Assembly (NCBI RefSeq): GCF_009914755.1
Contig: NC_060937.1
Source of the DNA: the human T2T-CHM13v2.0 reference genome, Homo sapiens
DNA length: 64,000 bases
Direction: 5' to 3' (one strand)
In this document: piece by piece, positions 58,127-64,000 of the stretch
Layout: each line of letters starts with the position of its first letter
Numbering within the stretch: position 1 is the first letter of the stretch
Translations under genes and position numbers: made by a program
The notes under the pieces: generated by a model
Databases searched by the model: none
What the model was told of the DNA's origin: nothing
Seen by the model: the letters and a program-made list of their open reading frames with translations, nothing else

Positions 58127-59560
58127 GCATGGTTTATTTTTACCGTTTCTTACGACTGTCCTATCATCATCATCACCATCATCATAATCAACTCTGCATA
58201 TTATGGGACAAGAAACTGAAAAAAATTTAAATTAATTTTCTCGGAGTTGGATAACTGGCAGATGGTGGGATTTAAACTCAAACCATCTGGCTCCAGAATG
58301 AGCGTGCTGAACTCTTGCCTTGTGCTGCTCTGCTCTGTCCTGTCTGCTTGTACAAATTCACTGCCAATCCGTAGCAATTCCCCTCTGCTAGGTGCTGTGT
58401 TGGGATGAGAGTTATGAGCATCTGCAAGGTACCAGAGAAAGTGATAGAAATTGATGGGCACAAATATGGGAATAATGCCAGATTGCTGCAGAGTAGCCAT
58501 ACCCTGTAACTGCATGTGAGCATCTTTTATGTGAATGTCAAGGTTGTGTTGTGGGGTGTTCTGACATGGCTACCCTGCTGGGGCCTGTGAGATTAAGATA
58601 GACCCCTCTGGGTAGGCTTGGTCCTGTCTGTAGGGAGAGATTATTCCTGGCGTCTATCATTTTGGAAAGAGACAGATTCTTAGGAACCAAACCATGGGGA
58701 TGGAGAGAACTCCACCCTGTCTTTTTGCTAGTACTCTGCAGACTCTGAGGAATGACAGTGTCTGGGATTACACCCTGCATGGGGGATGTTGAGGGTGGTG
58801 GCTTTCATGCTGAGGTGAGGGAGAGAAGGGAGGAGGAGGTGAGTGCTATGGTGCTTGCCAACTGAAGAGAAATAAGCAATATTTTACTAGAGGGATGAGC
58901 TAGATTTTATATATGCTTTGTGCTTTTCCATTTTGTTACCCCCAGCCATTAGTAAAGACTTTTTGATTATTTCATCTCAGAGCTAGCTGTGCTACCATGT
59001 ATATGGGGAAGAGGTAGCTTGTGAACACTTGGGTTTGACATAAAGAGGGAACTGCAGTGCCCCCTTGAAACAAACATGGGACTTGTTTGGAAAGCCCAGG
59101 AGGAAGGTGCAGTTCCCTACATAGAGTCCCAATGTCCTAATAAGTGCTCCCTCCAGAAGAGGCACCTCAAGGGTTACATCTGGAGGTTTGGAATTTTGTC
59201 TGAGGGTGGTGGCATTTCCTTCTTCCTCCAGGCTAACCCCTGCCCCTTTTGCAGCCTGACAGCTCTTTTGGAGGAGTGAGCTGCCCTGGAGCTATGAGGG
59301 CAGAATTCTTTCATGATCCACAAAATCCCATAGATGCCCACCAAACACACAGCTCTCCATCACTGTTGCCATCAGCGAGAGTTATTGCAGAGAGAGATTT
59401 AAAAAATGTAATTACTTTCCTATACAACTTCATAACAACATGAAAAGATTGAAGTTGAAAAAAATTCACCCACAATCCTGCCACCCTCAACAAATCAAAT
59501 TGTTTTAATTTTTTTGTTTTTATGTTATTATACTCATAGAGAAGGTATAGGTTAGGGTTT

Positions 59561-59562
<2 letters not shown>

Positions 59563-59603
<41 letters not shown>
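59563..59603. repeat. (GT)n microsatellite
   Basis: About 20 GT units. Confidence 0.95.
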
Positions 59604-59604
<1 letters not shown>

Positions 59605-59905
59605 TGTTTTTGTTTTTTTCTCTACTATGACTTTTTTCCCCTGTATTTATTTTCTGTACTAGAAAACATCTCTATTTTTTATTTGATTTTTTTCCCAATA
59701 TGTTCCAGATTTTCTGGAACAATCCACCCTCATTTATTTCTGATCTTCAAATCATTAAATGTATAACAAAATGTGAGTTAGTTTTATACACCTCTGTAAG
59801 GTGATAGAAATAAATTCATTCATTAGGAAGAAATTTTTTGTCACACTTTTAATTTTTTATTATTGATTTTTTCCATATTTCTGCAAAGTGTTTGTAATTA
59901 TAGTG

Positions 59906-60121
59906 CACAGATTCTTAACTGGAGGGTGATTTTGCCCTGCGGGGGACATCTGGCCATGTCTAGAGACATTTTTGGTTGTTACCACTAGGGCATGAAACCC
60001 CTACCACCTAGCAGGTAGAGTCCAGGAATGCTGCTAAACAATCCGCAATGCACAACACAGGGCTCACCATGAAGAAAGATCTGGCTGTAAATGTCACTGG
60101 TGGTGAGGCGGAGAACTCCTG
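59906..60121. mobile_element. MER20 (hAT-Charlie)
   Basis: gggtgattttgccc...gggacatctggccatgtctagagacatttttggttgt...gctgctaaaca...aaatgtcact...gagaactcctg. Confidence 0.85.
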
Positions 60122-60624
60122 TTGCAATGTGAAACGGTGACTTCATAGTCCTAAGAGCAGATGCCTGCTTTACTTCAGCCTCCCCTTCTCTCCTTGCTGG
60201 ACATTAGTTTTCAGTCCCTGTTTTTCAGTGTTGTAATGAGCATATTCATATGTCGAGGTCCGTCTTGCTTTGAGATTGCAGTGGATTATTGCAAAGGGGA
60301 TTGCCAGCCACCACCTGGCTCCTCTGAGGGTGGAACTCAGACCGGGTGCTCTGGCTTTCCTACAAACAGCTCAGGCTGATTGTAATTCCAGTTACTGAAA
60401 TCTAGAGGAGCAAATTCCCAGGCAGCAGGAATACAGTGGTGCAGGCATGAAACTGGGAGGAGAGGCAAAAGCTGGAAGGCAAACCTTTGGGAGCAGTGGG
60501 ATTCAGAGATTAGGAAAGTGAAATGGATTCACACTGATTCTAAAAGCATTTGCTTAGGGAAGTCAGTGTGGGCCTACCAGTGCCTGGCCGCACCCAGCTA
60601 ACATTGCAGCCCTCTCCACACTTC

Positions 60625-60805
60625 CTCTCCATCTTCTCTGCTTTATCTTTCTCTTCAGCAGTCATTACTATCCTGCATGCTATCCATTTCGCTTATTTAT
60701 CTTAGTTATCTTATGCCTGCTTTGTGTACTGCAGTTTCCCAGCACCCAAGCAGCTCCTGGCTCGTCAGAGGAACTCAGTGCCTATTGAGTGAATGAATGA
60801 ATGGA
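60625..60805 (+). mobile_element. L2 3' end
   Basis: tctgctttatctttctcttcagca...cactgcagtttcccagcacc-like text...attgagtgaatgaatgaatgg. Confidence 0.7.
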
Positions 60806-62087
60806 TAATTCACAGACACATGGGAAAGTTTTGCTTTTAGAAGAGCCTCACCACACTCATCACTCCCGGACCTGGTTTCTCTCTTCACTCTCAGAGGAAG
60901 AAGGATCCAGAGAGAGAGAGGAGCAGAGAGCCCAGGTGAAAGCACTTCACCCTCTGTGGGGAGCAAGGAAAGTGAGGCCATCAGAGGGAGGTACGGATGG
61001 GAACAGCTGCAGCCTGGCAGCTGTGTTTCCTCATTCCTGAGGCCTTCATTCCTCTATCCTGGGAGCTGTGCCCAGCGTCACAGGGGCTGCCCTGCAGCTT
61101 CCTTTTCAAGTCCTCCTGGATGCCATGAGGCTTTCTTTGTAGCCCTGTCCAAAGATGGCAGCCCCATTAGCCAGTTGTCTTGTGCCAGCCTTGGGGATCC
61201 TCCCTTGAACTCATTATGGGCCAGATTCCAGTGATCCTCAAACCAGACATCTTTGGCCTCTGTGTGAGACAGGCTCCTCTTAAATGTTCACAATCACGCT
61301 TGATCTGATGTTTCTGGAATTGTACACGTTCTTGTCTCATTAAGAAAAAAAAAGACCTCCAACCACCTCTGAGCACATACAGCCACATCTTTATTAAAAC
61401 ATCACCACCACCAGGTCAACAGGGGTGGTAGGAGTGGGATGGGGAGAGGCCATATGGAACCAGTCAGGTAAGTGGTGACAACCCTGCCTCGGGCCTCTGC
61501 AGCCTTGCAGCTGGCAGCTTTGGAGACCGGCATTATGTTTCACGTCACTCAAGGCAGGTGAGCCGAAGCCACGTCTCGCTGGCTGCCTCTGCAGCTGCTT
61601 CTCCAATCAGGTGGTCCTGCCCGCCTCGGCTTGGCGGCTCAGGGTCTTGAAAAGCGGGTGACAGGGGCAATAATCTGCACTTGGCAAAGCAAACCCGAAC
61701 ACATTCTGAAAGGCACAGCTGGACCAGGCTCAGCAGCTTGATTCATTAGGCAGTAATCTCAAGGCTGTCAGCCTAGGCCACAAGGGCATGTCCAGGCAGG
61801 GAAGCTGTGTTTTCAACAATTCAATCCATTTCCACAAATATTATTGAGCCAATGTTACGCAAGAGGCCTGGCGAGTGGCAGCAGAGGAAACAAAGATGAG
61901 AAAGGGACAGTTTCTGCTTCAAGGACCTTAAATTCTAGCTTCTCTGAGAACCACAGGAGAGAGAAGACCAAGGGTGGCTAGGGTTCAGAGTTGGATGAGA
62001 GAACAGACAGTTGAAAACTCAGGACAAATGTCACAGAGGAGGAGTCCTGCATAGAATTTCTTCTTCCCTCGTTTCCTCCATCCTTCC

Positions 62088-62880
<793 letters not shown>

Positions 62881-62894
62881 TTACTTCCCGCTTT

Positions 62895-63018
62895 CTGTCC
62901 TTTTTCCCTCCTTCCATTCATGTCCCCTTTCCTTCCTTCCTCCTTTTCTTCCTCCTTCCCTCTCCTTTTATCCTCTCTTCCCTCCCTTCTTTTCCTCTCC
63001 TCTCCTGTCCTCTTCTTT
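62895..63018. repeat. Polypyrimidine (CT-rich) low-complexity tract
   Basis: Near-pure C/T run of ccttcc/tcctct units. Confidence 0.8.
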
Positions 63019-63396
63019 GAATCTATGTATGCAAACAATATAGGTGGGCTTGTTTTTACTAAAACAATATAATATTACACATATTATTCTGCAGTGTGGA
63101 CAGGATTATTTTAGGTAGGGCAATGGGTGGAGAAGATCATTCCAGGTGCACAGGTGCCTGAGCAGAGACACACAGATGCGAGAATGTTCAGAAGAGAGTA
63201 AATAGAGCAGTTTGATGAGAGGGAGAGGGAGAAGAAGGAGAAGGAGGGGAAAAAGAAAGAGGAGCTCCTTAGGCTACTGAGGACAGAGGAGAGTCAGGAT
63301 GCCGTGGAGTGAAAGATAGGCAAGAACACAGTGGCAGCTTGTGCTGAGAGGATGGCAGGGAAAGGATGGCTTTGCAGACAAACATGAGGGTGTCAT

Positions 63397-63645
<249 letters not shown>

Positions 63646-64000
63646 ACTGTCATTTCTTGAACTATAGATTGGGAGGGGTGGGGTGAAGAGGAAGTCAGCA
63701 TGGCTTTGAGATTTTGAGCACTGGGTACCTGGGATTGGTGGAGCTAGACTCTTGGGTATCATGCCTGACTTCTGTTTGTCACTGCCAACGAACAATCAAT
63801 CAACAGGATACTGTCAATAAATTCTGCCTAATTATGCTCTCAGAGTTCCTCCTAATCATCTCTTCATACTTATTCTTTAGAACTTGATTCAGCCATCCTA
63901 TCTTCTGAGAAAACTTCCAGATTCCCTCCTCCTCAGTCTGGGTGAGGTTTCTCACTTAAGTGCCTCTCTTCAATGCACTCATAATATCTTGTGTCTCTCC

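Overview
Primate (very likely human) non-coding genomic DNA. About half of it is recognisable interspersed repeat: ~22 Alu/FLAM copies, L1, L2 and MIR fragments, MaLR/ERVL/ERV1 solo LTRs, hAT-Charlie MERs and microsatellites. I cannot support a protein-coding gene or an RNA gene; the ORF track is mostly Alu/L1/LTR-derived or chance ORFs. The most unusual structure is a set of short local duplications of unique DNA 0.9-1.4 kb apart (1143/2018, 19178/20604, 27334/28472, 34913/36133). The last belongs to a ~410-bp multi-template insertion that also creates a ~220-bp inverted repeat. Other points of interest: an apparent retro-captured Pol II transcript 3' end (FLAM + AATAAA + A-tail within one TSD), a full-length MER41B-type LTR with two GAS motifs, a consensus CTCF site, an RFX-motif cluster, nested LTRs and a few non-coding exon candidates. 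Repeat subfamily names are from recalled consensus sequences, not an alignment, and boundaries without a TSD are approximate. I found no evidence of a new multi-gene system.
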